Translations under genes and position numbers: made by a program
Assembly: GCA_964439985.1 (NCBI GenBank)
Contig: CAYTQE010000001.1
Span: 1-32,899, forward strand
Direction: 5' to 3'
Length of the DNA stretch: 32,899 bases
From: an uncultured Muribaculaceae bacterium
GTDB lineage: Bacteria; Bacillota_I; Bacilli_A; RF39; UBA660
Shown here: positions 1 to 10,410 of the stretch, in pieces
Position numbering within the stretch: the stretch's first letter is position 1
How the letters are laid out: each line of letters begins with the position of its first letter
Notes under the pieces: generated by a model
What the model saw: the letters and a program-made list of their open reading frames with translations, nothing else
Told to the model about the DNA's origin: nothing
The model's database searches: none

Positions 1-539
1 AGCTTGCTAATTTAGCAGGTATTATGGCTGCGGAACTTGGTGAAAATGTTACTCTTGCAAAAAGAGCAGGATTGCTTCATGATATTGGTAAAGCAATAGA
101 TAATGAAATCGAAGGAAGTCATATTGAAATAGGACTTGACATCGCTAAAAAATATAATGAACATGAAGTAGTACAAAATGCTATAGCATCACATCATGGA
201 GATGTAGAAGCAACAAGTATAATTTCAGTACTAGTAAGTATTGCGGATACCTTATCTGCGGCAAGACCAGGTGCTAGAAATGACACTATGGAAAACTACA
301 TTAAACGTCTAGAAGAACTTGAAAATCTAGGTAATAGTTTTGAAGGTGTAGAAAAAACATTTGCAATGCAAGCTGGTAGAGAAGTAAGGGTTATTGTAAA
401 ACCTGAAGAAATAGATGATTTAACATCATTTAAGATTGCTCGAGAAATGAAAGAAAAAATAGAGGCAGAAATGCAATATCCAGGTACTATTAAAATAACA
501 GTTATTAGAGAAACTAGAGCTTTAGAAGAAGCAAAATAA
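1..539 (+). CDS. rny: Ribonuclease Y, C-terminal part (5' end lies outside the window)
   Basis: The frame is open from the window edge ([14 protein letters not shown]...). HD-domain motifs [15 protein letters not shown] and ASHHGD, and the C-terminal [12 protein letters not shown]...[11 protein letters not shown], are typical of RNase Y. Confidence 0.9.
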   Translation, partial: LANLAGIMAAELGENVTLAKRAGLLHDIGKAIDNEIEGSHIEIGLDIAKKYNEHEVVQNAIASHHGDVEATSIISVLVSIADTLSAARPGARNDTMENYIKRLEELENLGNSFEGVEKTFAMQAGREVRVIVKPEEIDDLTSFKIAREMKEKIEAEMQYPGTIKITVIRETRALEEAK

Positions 540-566
540 AAACATCAATCAAATTTGATGTTTTTT
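538..566. terminator. Bidirectional intrinsic terminator hairpin between convergent rny and the HD-hydrolase gene
   Basis: An 11-bp stem (538-548 aaaaacatcaa pairs with 555-565 ttgatgttttt) has a 6-nt loop and is flanked by A and T runs. It overlaps the stop region of the minus-strand ORF. Confidence 0.55.
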
Positions 567-1660
567 AATTCTTGAAATTCATTTTGAAAATAATCATCGG
601 TCATACCCGCAATGTAATCTATAACTTTTCTTACATCATTTGTTTCTTTTAAATATTTATCCGTTTGTTTATTTAAAAAATCTCTATATATTTTATATTT
701 AATTAAATTATGATTAACGATATATAAATTTTGTTTAAAAACTGTATTAAACATATTTTCATAATGTTTTAAATCTTGTTTAGTATTAGCTTTATAATAA
801 ATATTTCGGTAGTTAAATTTCTTTAAATCAACTATTGTTTTAAACATTTCATCACTTAACTTGATATAATTTTTATCAAAGCTATTTTCTATTATGTCTA
901 ATATAATATTATTAACTATCTGTCTATTAGAGTTACCAATTATTTTGGTTATTTCATTAGGTAGGTTATTTATATCAAAAACACCTATTTTAACAGCATC
1001 TTCAATGTCTCTACCTAGATATGCTATCATATCACTAATTCTTACAACACAACCTTCTAATGTCATAGGAACAAGTTTAGAAGCATGTTCTTCATTGTGA
1101 TAACATTGATTATAATCATCTAAAAATTCTTCTTTTGTTTTCTTTTTAGGAAAGTACTTTTTCATAGCAAATTCTCCATTATGACAAAGAATTCCATCAA
1201 GAACCTGAATACTTATATTTTTATTTTCGATGTCCATTAAAGTTCTAAGGCTTTGAACATTATGCATAAAGAATCCTTCATTATTTTCTAGACTTAATTT
1301 ATTTAAAAATTCTTCTCCAGTATGACCAAAAGGAATATGACCTAAATCATGACCAAGAGCTATAGCTTCAATTAAATCTTCGTTTAAAGATAAAGCTCTT
1401 CCAATTGTTCTAGCTATTTTACTAACTAATTGAACATGAACCATTCTTTTAGTAATATGATCATTTTCATTATTGGAAAATACTTGAGTTTTATCCATAT
1501 ATCTTGTATATGAATCACTATGAATTATTCGATCTATATCTCTAAAAAAATTTGGTCTTATATCTGGTGTAAAATCATCTAATCTAATAGACTCATTATC
1601 ATAAGTAGCATATTTGCTATACAAAGTTTCTCTTTTTAACATTATTTCTTTTATATCCAT
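545..1660 (-). CDS. dGTP triphosphohydrolase-like HD-domain phosphohydrolase
   Basis: 371-aa ORF with the HD motif HVQLVSKIARTIG...ALGHDLGHIPFGHTGEEFL, characteristic of the Dgt/dNTPase-like family. Its start overlaps the upstream gene's stop (TAATG). Confidence 0.8.
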   Translation of the reverse strand: MDIKEIMLKRETLYSKYATYDNESIRLDDFTPDIRPNFFRDIDRIIHSDSYTRYMDKTQVFSNNENDHITKRMVHVQLVSKIARTIGRALSLNEDLIEAIALGHDLGHIPFGHTGEEFLNKLSLENNEGFFMHNVQSLRTLMDIENKNISIQVLDGILCHNGEFAMKKYFPKKKTKEEFLDDYNQCYHNEEHASKLVPMTLEGCVVRISDMIAYLGRDIEDAVKIGVFDINNLPNEITKIIGNSNRQIVNNIILDIIENSFDKNYIKLSDEMFKTIVDLKKFNYRNIYYKANTKQDLKHYENMFNTVFKQNLYIVNHNLIKYKIYRDFLNKQTDKYLKETNDVRKVIDYIAGMTDDYFQNEFQELKNIKFD

Positions 1661-3567
1661 TATTCACCTAATACATAACTATAATAGTTAGTTTCTAATA
1701 TGTTTTTAGAAATAACAAATTTGTTGTAAACTAAGTTATTTATTATTTCTATATAATTATCGGGAATATCATTTTTAAATGAAGTAAAAGTATTTTTAGT
1801 AGCGTTATATTTTCCAAAATTAGTTATCCAGCTACGATCATTAAATATAATAACCCCTTCATTATCAGATAAAATATCAGTTCCCATTAAAAGTCTTGAA
1901 TCAAATTTTATTCCAAATAAATTAAGAACAGTAGGTAATATATCTAAACTACTTGAATATTTATTTATTTCTATTACATCACTCATTTGATTGTTCCAGA
2001 TTATTAAATGATTTTTATGGATATCTAATTTTTCATCTTCGATTTCCATAACTTCTTTTATTTCACTATTTTTTAATCCATATGGATAATGATCTGTACT
2101 AATAACTATGACCGTATCATCAAGTATTCCTTTTTCAGTTAGTTTCTCTATTAATGATTCAAGGGCTTTATCTAATTCAACTTGAGAAGCAATATAAGCC
2201 TTTATTGGGGTACTAAATGGTAGATCATTAACAATCTCTTTGTTTTTATAAGCCATATTATTACCACCAAAGTTATATTCAAGATGACCACTTATACTCA
2301 TATAATAAGTCATAAATTGATTATTATCACTATATAAATCAAAAGTAGCATTAATCATTTCTAAATCACTTTGTGGCCATGGTTTACAGTTCATTATTTT
2401 TTCTAATCCATTACCACATCCCATAAAATTGTAACCCATATTAGGTAATGATTTATGACGATCATAATATTTATAAGATCCATTATGATAAGCATTAGTG
2501 GTATAACCTAGTTTAGAAAATATATTACCATATGTATAAGGTAAATAATTATTGCTAGATCTAGACATACTCCAAACACTTTCTTTGGGAAGTAGACCAG
2601 TTAAATTAACATATTCTCCATCACTAGTACTAACATAATAAACAGGACTATAAAAATTATTGAATTTAAAACCATTATTAACAAGTTTATATAATGTTGG
2701 TGTTACATCAATATTAACCGCGATGGGACTAAATGCTTCTGCAGTAATATAGATTAAGTTTTTACCTTCAAAGTATCCAGTATAGTCATTTTTATTAGAA
2801 GGAGCTGTGTTATTTATATATTGATGAATATTTTTAATTGTATTATTATTTTCGTTTTCTATTAAATAATTAAAGCCAATATCTAGTTTATTATATTCAA
2901 TCTCTTTAATAATTTCTTCTACCTGATTATCGATTAAAACACTTTCTTCAAAATTAGATAGGATTCTAAAAATATCAAGTCGCATCGTAGTCATTAAACC
3001 TAAACTCTTGGCAGTTTGATTTGGAACATGTTTATTAAAATAAATATTTTTAACTGAATAAAGATGATCTTTTGCTAGAAATAAAGAAATAATACCAATT
3101 GTATAAAAAATAAACATAAAAATAGTTTTAGATGAAAGTAGTCGGTAATTAGTATCTAAAGTAATTATTTTCTTTCTAAATATAATTGTTAATAAACTTG
3201 GTATTATTAACAATATAATTGGAATTATATTATTAATAATTACTGAAAATATTTGACTAAAATATTCAAAAACTTGTCCACCATTAAATAAAGAATAAAT
3301 AGATATTATATTTCCATAAAATAAATAATTAACAAATTGCGCTATAAAAAGAATTGTTAAAAATACTATTATTCCTATAAAAAATATTTTATTATATTTA
3401 TGTTTTAAAAAGCTCGTTATTAAATCTATAAAAACACTTACAAATAAAGTAAATATTATTAAATATATAAAGTCTTTAATTAAAAAAGATTTAAAAGTAA
3501 ATAGATGATATATAGTTTCTAAATATAATAAAATTATAAAAGATAATTTAAATTTTTGCTGTTTCAT
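1660..3567 (-). CDS. LTA synthase (LtaS)-family membrane sulfatase/phosphoglycerol transferase
   Basis: Multi-TM hydrophobic N-terminus followed by an extracellular sulfatase-like domain (YITAEAFSP..., VIVISTDHYPYG). I prefer the second ATG at 3567 (MKQQKF...) because GAGGT lies 6 nt upstream; the track ORF starts at 3582. Confidence 0.78.
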   Translation of the reverse strand: MKQQKFKLSFIILLYLETIYHLFTFKSFLIKDFIYLIIFTLFVSVFIDLITSFLKHKYNKIFFIGIIVFLTILFIAQFVNYLFYGNIISIYSLFNGGQVFEYFSQIFSVIINNIIPIILLIIPSLLTIIFRKKIITLDTNYRLLSSKTIFMFIFYTIGIISLFLAKDHLYSVKNIYFNKHVPNQTAKSLGLMTTMRLDIFRILSNFEESVLIDNQVEEIIKEIEYNKLDIGFNYLIENENNNTIKNIHQYINNTAPSNKNDYTGYFEGKNLIYITAEAFSPIAVNIDVTPTLYKLVNNGFKFNNFYSPVYYVSTSDGEYVNLTGLLPKESVWSMSRSSNNYLPYTYGNIFSKLGYTTNAYHNGSYKYYDRHKSLPNMGYNFMGCGNGLEKIMNCKPWPQSDLEMINATFDLYSDNNQFMTYYMSISGHLEYNFGGNNMAYKNKEIVNDLPFSTPIKAYIASQVELDKALESLIEKLTEKGILDDTVIVISTDHYPYGLKNSEIKEVMEIEDEKLDIHKNHLIIWNNQMSDVIEINKYSSSLDILPTVLNLFGIKFDSRLLMGTDILSDNEGVIIFNDRSWITNFGKYNATKNTFTSFKNDIPDNYIEIINNLVYNKFVISKNILETNYYSYVLGE

Positions 3568-3700
3568 ACTAATACCTCGCATTAAAATTATATCATATAA
3601 TTTTATAAAAAAGGAGTAATTATTAGACCTAAATAATGGTAATAAATAAACTAATCAATATAAATTTTAAATCATACTTTACTATAGGAGCTGAAGTTAA

Positions 3701-5602
3701 GTGATAAAATGGAGTTTATCAATGATAGTTAAAAATGAAGCAGAAAATATAAGTAAATGCTTAGATTCAGTTAAAGATTTATTTGATGAAATAATAATAG
3801 TTGATACTGGGTCAACAGATAATACAAAAAGCACATTAATAAAATATACTAATAATATTTATGATTTTAATTGGATAGATGATTTTAGTGCAGCTAGAAA
3901 CTATGCATTTTCATTATGCACTAAAGATTATATTATGTGGCTTGATGCAGATGATATAATAAAAAAAGAAGATTTAATAAAGTTAAAAAGACTTAAAAAA
4001 AACATGAATTATGAGTATGATATTATAATGATGAAATATAATATCGCTTTTGATGAAATGGGTAATTCTTCTTTTTCTTATTATCGAGAAAGATTATTAA
4101 AAAATGAAAACAAATATATATGGAAAGATAGAGTCCATGAATACATTGAACTAAAAGGTAATATAAAGAAGGAAGATATTTCAATTACTCATGATAAAAA
4201 AGAGCAAAATATCAGTACCCGTAATTTAAATATTTATCAAAAAATGGAAGATAATAAAGAAATATTTACTCCCAGAAATTTATATTATTATGGGCGAGAA
4301 TTATATGACCATCAACAATATGATTTAACAATTTTAAAATTAACTGAATTTTTGAATAGTAAAAAAGGTTGGGTTGAGGATAACATCAATGCTTGTTATT
4401 TATTATCAAATTCTTATTATAATATATTATTAGAAGAAATGGCGTTAAATTTATTGTTTAAAACTTTTGAATACGATATACCTAGAAAGAAAAGCTGTTG
4501 TTTAATTGGTAATTATTTTTTAAAAAAAGAAAAATATTTAATTGCCATTTATTGGTATAAATTATCTTTGAATTTATCTAAAAATCAAAATATTAGTTTT
4601 TATGAACCTGATTATGATTATTTTATACCATATATAAATTTATGCGTTTGCTATGATAAGCTAGATAATAAACAAGAATCATTAAAATATCATCTTTTAT
4701 CTAAAAAAATAAAACCTGAAAATGAATTAGTTAAATATAATATAAAATATCGTAAATCATTAGGAATGATTTTTCAGCAATCTTCAACTCGTACTAGAGT
4801 TTCATTTGAAACAGCAATGGAACAATTAGGAGGACATGCTCAATATTTAGCTCCTGGTCAAATCCAATTAGGAGATCATGAATCAGTAACAGATACAGCT
4901 AAAGTATTAGGGCGGATGCTGGATATTATCATGGCTCGAGTAGAAAGACATAAATCAGTTATTGAACTTGCGGAAGAAGCTGGAATACCTGTTATTAACG
5001 CGATGAGTGATTATAATCATCCAACGCAAGAAGTTGGAGATATGACAACTATAATTGAACATTTACCTGCAGGTAAAAAATTAGAGGATTTAAAGATTGT
5101 TTTTGTTGGGGATGCAACTCAAGTATGTACATCTCTTGCAATGATAACAACTAAACTTGGTGCTAATTTTGTTCAATTTGGTCCAGAAGGATATCAAATA
5201 AAACCAGATGTAGCTAAACTTTGTTTAGACAATTGTGAAAAATCTGGCGGGAGCTTTTTAGTAACAGATGATTTTGATGTAGCAATTAAAAATGCAGACT
5301 TTATATATACAGATGTTTGGTACGGATTATATGAAGCAGAATTATCTTATGACGAAAGAATGGCTATATTCTATCCAAAATATCAAGTTGATATGGATAT
5401 GATGAAAGCGGCAAACCCAACTGTAAAATTTATGCATTGTTTACCTGCAAATAGAGGCGAAGAAGTTTCTGCTGAAGTAATTGATTCTGACTATTCAATA
5501 GTATTTGATGAAGCAGAAAATCGTTTAACTTCAATAAGAGCACTTTTAGTTTATTTGATGGGTAAAAAAGACGAAACTATAGAAATAATAGAAAGAAGTT
5601 AA
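3701..5602 (+). CDS. In-frame fusion ORF: family-2 glycosyltransferase with TPR-like C-terminal region, joined to N-terminally truncated putrescine carbamoyltransferase
   Basis: Residues 1 to about 350 carry GT2 motifs ([37 protein letters not shown]) and then helical TPR-like repeats. From nt ~4754 ([54 protein letters not shown]) the sequence matches putrescine carbamoyltransferase as I recall the Enterococcus enzyme. It lacks the ~40-45 residues that normally precede the STRTR motif. GTG start at 3701 with AGGAG upstream; an in-frame ATG at 3722 is an alternative. Confidence 0.75.
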   Translation: MIKWSLSMIVKNEAENISKCLDSVKDLFDEIIIVDTGSTDNTKSTLIKYTNNIYDFNWIDDFSAARNYAFSLCTKDYIMWLDADDIIKKEDLIKLKRLKKNMNYEYDIIMMKYNIAFDEMGNSSFSYYRERLLKNENKYIWKDRVHEYIELKGNIKKEDISITHDKKEQNISTRNLNIYQKMEDNKEIFTPRNLYYYGRELYDHQQYDLTILKLTEFLNSKKGWVEDNINACYLLSNSYYNILLEEMALNLLFKTFEYDIPRKKSCCLIGNYFLKKEKYLIAIYWYKLSLNLSKNQNISFYEPDYDYFIPYINLCVCYDKLDNKQESLKYHLLSKKIKPENELVKYNIKYRKSLGMIFQQSSTRTRVSFETAMEQLGGHAQYLAPGQIQLGDHESVTDTAKVLGRMLDIIMARVERHKSVIELAEEAGIPVINAMSDYNHPTQEVGDMTTIIEHLPAGKKLEDLKIVFVGDATQVCTSLAMITTKLGANFVQFGPEGYQIKPDVAKLCLDNCEKSGGSFLVTDDFDVAIKNADFIYTDVWYGLYEAELSYDERMAIFYPKYQVDMDMMKAANPTVKFMHCLPANRGEEVSAEVIDSDYSIVFDEAENRLTSIRALLVYLMGKKDETIEIIERS

Positions 5603-5610
5603 GGAATTCT

Positions 5611-6993
5611 ATGAAAAAGAAAAAATTTAGATTAATTGATGCGATTTTAGCAACAGTATGTATTACATTAGTTGCTGAATCGGTTACACCAACAGCAGCA
5701 ATTGGTAATTCACAATATTTTTGGTGGATATTCTTACTAGCAGCTTTTTGTTTACCTTATGGCATGATTTCTGCTGAATTAGGGTCAACATTTCAAAGTG
5801 AAGGTGGAATGTATGATTGGATAAAAAGAGCATTTGGTGCTAAATGGGCATCGCGTGTTGCTTGGAACTACTGGATTAATTTCCCATTATGGATTGCATC
5901 ACTTGCAGTTGCTATTACTGATGTTATAGCTGGAATATTTAGTATTGAATTAAGTATATTTATGTTACTTATTATCCAATTAGGGTATACTTGGTTAGTT
6001 AGTTTTCTAGGTACTCAAAGAATCGGAGAAAGTAAATATATTGTTAATATTGGTACATTCTTCAAAATGGCATTTATGCTTAGTTTAGGACTATTAGGTA
6101 TTTATGTTTATATTAAAACTGGACATAGTGCTAACCCTGTTGAATCAGTAGTGGATTTACTACCAAGTTTTGACTTAGCAGGATTATCATTCTTATCAGT
6201 AATAATATTTAACTTCCTAGGTTTTGAAGTTGTAGCAACATTTACTGATGATATGGAAAATCCTAAAAAAGAAATACCAAAAGCATTAATAATTGGTGGA
6301 ACTTTAATGGCATTGTTTTATATTTTACCAGCAACTGGTGTAAATATAGCAATTGCATCATCAGAAGCTGAAGCTGCTGGAATTACGGAAAGTTTTGCAA
6401 TTCTATTAGGTAATATTGGCGTAAGCCCAGACTTTATTAGAACAATTGTAATTATAGTAGGTTTAATGTTTATTTATACAATGGTTGCAAATATTGTATC
6501 ATGGTCATTTGGAGTAAACTCTGTTGCTAAATTTAGTGCAGATGATGGAGGATTACCAAAATTATTCTCACAAACTAATAAAGCTGGAGTACCACATATG
6601 GCATCAATCTTAAATGGGGTTGTAGCAACTATTATAATAATTATTGGAGTAATTTTAGGAGAAGTAAGTGCTAGTGCTAGTAATTTATTCTGGACATTCT
6701 TCTCACTTAGTTTAGTTACTTTACTAATAAGTTACATACCATTATTTCTAGCATTTAAAAAATTAAGAAAAATTGACAATACTCCTAGAGTATATAAAAT
6801 ATCAGGCGGAAACTTTATAATTAATTTATTAACTTATATTCCAATGATATTACTAATTTTAGGAATAATATTTACAATGTTTGGTGACTTTACATCTGAA
6901 TATATAAATGCGAATTTACCATTAATTATTGGGGTAATATTATCATTTATAATTCAGGAAGTATTAGCATCAAGAGTTAAGGAGAAAAAATGA
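5611..6993 (+). CDS. aguD: APC-family amino acid permease, agmatine:putrescine antiporter
   Basis: 460-aa polytopic membrane protein with about 12 hydrophobic segments. It sits between the carbamoyltransferase and agmatine deiminase genes, as in known AgDI operons. Confidence 0.8.
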   Translation: MKKKKFRLIDAILATVCITLVAESVTPTAAIGNSQYFWWIFLLAAFCLPYGMISAELGSTFQSEGGMYDWIKRAFGAKWASRVAWNYWINFPLWIASLAVAITDVIAGIFSIELSIFMLLIIQLGYTWLVSFLGTQRIGESKYIVNIGTFFKMAFMLSLGLLGIYVYIKTGHSANPVESVVDLLPSFDLAGLSFLSVIIFNFLGFEVVATFTDDMENPKKEIPKALIIGGTLMALFYILPATGVNIAIASSEAEAAGITESFAILLGNIGVSPDFIRTIVIIVGLMFIYTMVANIVSWSFGVNSVAKFSADDGGLPKLFSQTNKAGVPHMASILNGVVATIIIIIGVILGEVSASASNLFWTFFSLSLVTLLISYIPLFLAFKKLRKIDNTPRVYKISGGNFIINLLTYIPMILLILGIIFTMFGDFTSEYINANLPLIIGVILSFIIQEVLASRVKEKK

Positions 6994-8090
6994 AGAAACT
7001 AGATACAACACCTAAAGCTGATGGCTTTAGAATGCCAGGTGAATTTGAAAAACATCGTGGCACTTATATTATTTGGCCAGAAAGACCAGATAACTGGAGA
7101 AATGGTGGAAAACCAGCTCAAAAAGCATTTGTTGATGTAGCATCTGTTATTGGAAAATATGAACCATGTACGATGTTAGTAAGTGCAGCTCAATATGATA
7201 ATGCTAGAGGAATGCTTCCTGAATATGTACGCGTTATTGAAATGAGTAATGATGATTCATGGATGCGCGATGTTGGAGCATCATTCCTTATTAATGATAA
7301 GGGAGTACTTAGAGCTTGTGACTGGTCATTTAATGCTTGGGGAGGATTAGTAGATGGATTATACTTCCCATGGGCAGAAGATGATAAAATTGCAGGGAAA
7401 ATGTGTGAACTTGAAGGCGCAGATAGATATCGTTTAGATGATTTTGTTGCTGAAGGTGGAAACATCCATGTTGATGGTGATGGAACTGCAATGGTTACTG
7501 AAGAATGTATGATGTCAGAAGGAAGAAATCCACATTTAACTAAAGAAGAACAAGAACAAATACTAAAAGATTATCTAAATGTAGAAAAAGTCTTTTGGAT
7601 ACCAAAAGGTATTTATAATGATGAAACTAATGGACATGTTGATAATATCGTAAACTTTGTTAAACCAGGAGAAGTAGTTCTTGCTTGGACAGATAATGAA
7701 AAAGATCCACAATATGCAATTAGTAAAGAAGTTCTAGAATATTTAGAAAATCAAACTGATGCTAAAGGTCGTAAATTAACTATTCATAAGTTACATGTAC
7801 CTAATCCGGTACTTATTACTAAAGAAGAAAGTGAAGGAGTAGATGCAATAGATGGTACTCTTCCTCGTGAAGAAGGAGACAGACTATCAGCATCATACGC
7901 TAACTACTATGTTGGTAATGGTTTTGTTGCACTACCAGTTTTCAATGATCCACATGATAAAGACGCTATTGAACTTATGAAAAAACTTTATCCAGATCGC
8001 ACTGTAGAACCAATCTTCGCACGTGAAATTTTACTTGGTGGTGGTAATATCCATTGTATTACTCAACAAGTACCAGATCCAAGAGGATAA
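6990..8090 (+). CDS. aguA: Agmatine deiminase
   Basis: 366 aa with [42 protein letters not shown] and C-terminal [11 protein letters not shown] (catalytic Cys motif). ATGA overlap with aguD. Confidence 0.93.
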   Translation: MKKLDTTPKADGFRMPGEFEKHRGTYIIWPERPDNWRNGGKPAQKAFVDVASVIGKYEPCTMLVSAAQYDNARGMLPEYVRVIEMSNDDSWMRDVGASFLINDKGVLRACDWSFNAWGGLVDGLYFPWAEDDKIAGKMCELEGADRYRLDDFVAEGGNIHVDGDGTAMVTEECMMSEGRNPHLTKEEQEQILKDYLNVEKVFWIPKGIYNDETNGHVDNIVNFVKPGEVVLAWTDNEKDPQYAISKEVLEYLENQTDAKGRKLTIHKLHVPNPVLITKEESEGVDAIDGTLPREEGDRLSASYANYYVGNGFVALPVFNDPHDKDAIELMKKLYPDRTVEPIFAREILLGGGNIHCITQQVPDPRG

Positions 8091-8995
8091 TGAAAAGAAT
8101 TGTTATAGCACTTGGTGGCAATGCTTTAGGTAATACTTATTTAGAACAATTAGAATTAATAAAAAAAGCAGCAAAGGATTTATCAGAAATATTAAAAGAT
8201 AATGAAGTTATTATTACCCACGGCAATGGACCACAAGTTGGTATGATAACAAAAGCATTTACAAATAATAATATAGAAATGCCACTAGATATTTGTACCG
8301 CTATGAGTCAAGGTTATATTGGTTTTCATCTTCAAAAAAAGATTAAAGAAGTTTTAGAAGAACTTAATATAAAAAGAGATGTAATTTCAGTAGTAAGTGA
8401 AGTAATAGTAGATGAAGAAGATCCTTCATTTAAAAACCCAACTAAACCTATTGGCAAATTTTACACTGAAGAAGAAGCAAATATCTTAAGTAAACAGAAT
8501 AATGAAATATATAAAGAAGATGCTGGTAGAGGATATAGGAAAGTAGTAGCTTCTCCCAAACCTTTATCAATTAAAAATATTTGTTCTATCGAAGCTCTAC
8601 TTAAAAATAATAGTATTGTTATAGCTGGTGGTGGTGGCGGTATACCTGTACTTACTAATCCAGACTCAACAAAAGTAGAAGCTGTTATTGATAAAGATGC
8701 AACTTCAGCATTAATTGCTAAAGAATTAAATGCGGACTTATTAATAATATTAACTGCAGTAGATCAAGTAATGTTAAATTTCAATACTGAAAATGAAATT
8801 AAACTTAATGAAATTACAGTAGAAGAAATTAAAACCCATATCAAAAATGATGAATTTAAAAGTGGTAGTATGCTTCCTAAAATTGAAGCAGCACTTAACT
8901 TTACTGAAAAAACTGGTAATGAAACTATCATTACAAGTTTAGAGAACATTAACAATATTCATCTTCGTAAAGATATAACCATTATTTGTAAATAA
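8090..8995 (+). CDS. arcC: Carbamate kinase
   Basis: [14 protein letters not shown]-terminus, THGNGPQVG and DKDATSALIA motifs. The start overlaps the aguA stop (TAATG). The track ORF starting at 8054 is a 5' over-extension. Confidence 0.9.
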   Translation: MKRIVIALGGNALGNTYLEQLELIKKAAKDLSEILKDNEVIITHGNGPQVGMITKAFTNNNIEMPLDICTAMSQGYIGFHLQKKIKEVLEELNIKRDVISVVSEVIVDEEDPSFKNPTKPIGKFYTEEEANILSKQNNEIYKEDAGRGYRKVVASPKPLSIKNICSIEALLKNNSIVIAGGGGGIPVLTNPDSTKVEAVIDKDATSALIAKELNADLLIILTAVDQVMLNFNTENEIKLNEITVEEIKTHIKNDEFKSGSMLPKIEAALNFTEKTGNETIITSLENINNIHLRKDITIICK

Positions 8996-9005
8996 GTATT
9001 AAAAA

Positions 9006-9070
9006 AAATGATAACAAAATTATCATTTAGATTACAGACAAACCCAAAGTTTTTCAAACTTGGGTTTTTA
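9006..9070. terminator. Two face-to-face intrinsic terminator hairpins between the agu operon (+) and the kinase-like gene (-)
   Basis: Hairpin 1: 9006-9014 aaatgataa pairs with 9020-9028 ttatcattt and is preceded by A8, which is a T-run on the minus strand. Hairpin 2: 9041-9052 pairs with 9056-9066 (aacccaaagtt / aacttgggtt, one bulge) and is followed by tttttatttt. Confidence 0.6.
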
Positions 9071-9072
9071 TT

Positions 9073-9966
9073 TTAAAATTTTCGATTAACTTTTTTCTTT
9101 TGAATATAGTCAAATACTGAATATTGTGCTTTAATTATATTTTTATTAGAACACAATTCATCTAACGCTTCTAGAGGTAATTCATTTGGAGCACATGAAT
9201 ATAAGTTATTAAAGTAATCTAGTAACTCATTACTAACACCTAAATCTCTTAAATACTGTAAGTATGAATAAAATTGACATAGTGATAAATTATTAATTTG
9301 ATGGTGTGAAATAGTATTTAGAATCATCATTATAAAACAAAAATATTCACTATCTAAATTTGGTATATAGAAACCATCATCATTTCTTTGATATTTATAT
9401 TCAAAATTAGATATATTTTTATTAGTAGATAAATATTTAATAGGTGATGCTACATTATTAGCAATCTTACATCCATCTAAATCAACAACCCGTATTTTTT
9501 TACTATCTTTATCATATATAAAATTACCTTCATGAATATCTGATAAATAAAAATCATTATTAAAAGGTTTTGTATTATGAACTACATTTAATATTTCGCC
9601 GACTTCTTTTAAAAATCTAATCTTTTCAGATAAAGGCACTTCAAAACTGTTTAGTATAATTTGCAAGTTTTCACTATTAATATATGGCATTGAAAATCCA
9701 GCAACTTTTTTACCAACTATAACTAATTTTTCTGGCATTACTAACTCATCGATATTCATGTTATCTTTTTCATTAATCAAAGAATTTATTGTTAAGAGTT
9801 TATTACCAAAGTATACTCCTTCATCAATATAAAATATTTTTAGTAGTTTTCTCGTTATTTTGTTATCAAGTATAAATAACTTACATTCAGTATTAAAAAT
9901 ATCTTTATTTAATTCATAACTTTCAAGAGTCTTAAATTTAATTTTACTAATATTTAATACTTCCAC
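9073..9966 (-). CDS. Protein-kinase-like/APH-fold protein of unknown specificity
   Basis: 297 aa. LSDIHEGNFIYDKDSKKIRVVDLDG resembles a kinase catalytic loop (HxxN) followed by a DxD/DFG-like metal site. GTG start with GGGGA upstream. I recognised no other domain. Confidence 0.55.
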   Translation of the reverse strand: MEVLNISKIKFKTLESYELNKDIFNTECKLFILDNKITRKLLKIFYIDEGVYFGNKLLTINSLINEKDNMNIDELVMPEKLVIVGKKVAGFSMPYINSENLQIILNSFEVPLSEKIRFLKEVGEILNVVHNTKPFNNDFYLSDIHEGNFIYDKDSKKIRVVDLDGCKIANNVASPIKYLSTNKNISNFEYKYQRNDDGFYIPNLDSEYFCFIMMILNTISHHQINNLSLCQFYSYLQYLRDLGVSNELLDYFNNLYSCAPNELPLEALDELCSNKNIIKAQYSVFDYIQKKKVNRKF

Positions 9967-9990
9967 TTTTATCCCCTTTTTCTTGCGTAT

Positions 9991-10018
9991 ATAATAGCAT
10001 ATTTTTAATTTTTTGCAA
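9991..10018 (-). promoter_or_regulatory. Sigma-A-type promoter for the kinase-like gene
   Basis: On the minus strand: TTGCAA (10018-10013), 17-nt spacer with TGc, then TATTAT (9996-9991). This is an extended -10 type. Confidence 0.45.
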
Positions 10019-10080
10019 TAGCTAAAGATATTTTCCTAAATAAAAGATAATTAAGAAAATCAGTTAATATTTAATAAAAT

Positions 10081-10269
10081 AAAAAGAATTACTTTGAATA
10101 ATTCTTTTCAAATAGAGTAATTAATTGATAAATAATAAATGAAATAATTAATATAAGCATTATTCCAGTCATTACTAAAGTTAAGTTAAATACTTGAGTT
10201 CCATAAAGTATTAGATAACCAATACCAGCTTTACTAACTAAGAATTATCCCATAATAACCCCGATTAAT
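10081..10269. repeat. Direct repeat, left copy (DR-L): duplicated terminator hairpin plus 3' end of the ABC permease gene
   Basis: Aligns without gaps to 12352-12540 (offset 2271 nt) with 183 of 189 identities. Mismatches are at 10097, 10098, 10151, 10206, 10239 and 10247. Confidence 0.95.
10089..10269 (-). pseudogene. Remnant of the last ~59 codons of a NitT/TauT ABC permease gene, with an in-frame stop
   Basis: In the permease frame the copy encodes the same C-terminus as 12360-12540, except that Glu becomes TAA at 10245-10247 and Ala becomes Ser at 10095-10097. No upstream part of the gene is present. Confidence 0.85.
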
Positions 10270-10360
10270 AGCATATAGGGAAAAAAGAGTGTTCAAAAGA
10301 TTAGTTTGCAAAGTTAGATAATCGTTAAATTGAAAGTTATAAGCAAGTATGAAAGTTTGT

Positions 10361-10389
10361 TTGACAAAAGTACGCATTTTTGATATTTT
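10361..10389 (+). promoter_or_regulatory. Strong sigma-A-type promoter of the peptide/radical-SAM cassette
   Basis: TTGACA (10361-10366), 17-nt spacer ending in TGa, then TATTTT (10384-10389). AAGAGGA ribosome-binding site lies before the ATG at 10411. Confidence 0.6.
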
Positions 10390-10410
10390 AAATGAAAGAA
10401 AAGAGGATAT

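Noticed and set aside
894-1100. Short ORFs nested antisense or out of frame inside long genes: 894-1100, 7190-7465, 8764-8955, 10991-11374, 11907-12107, 13694-13888, 14256-14525, 15509-15715, 17233-17427, 18287-18511, 21516-21746, 21951-22265
   Set aside because: Each lies wholly within a longer ORF that has clear family motifs. Their low-complexity, Ser/Leu/Ile-rich translations are typical of shadow ORFs in AT-rich DNA.
8054-8089. 5' extensions of track ORFs: 8054 for carbamate kinase, 22468 for the HerA-like gene, 30272 for thiI, 3582 for the LtaS-like gene, 22213 for prsA
   Set aside because: Internal ATG codons with proper Shine-Dalgarno spacing reproduce the canonical family N-termini. 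The extensions overlap upstream genes.
9073-9966. The kinase-like gene as a LanL/class III-IV lanthipeptide-type kinase belonging to the radical SAM cassette
   Set aside because: It is on the opposite strand, has its own promoter and terminator, and lies outside the repeat-bounded insert. The precursor core has no Ser/Thr-Cys pattern.
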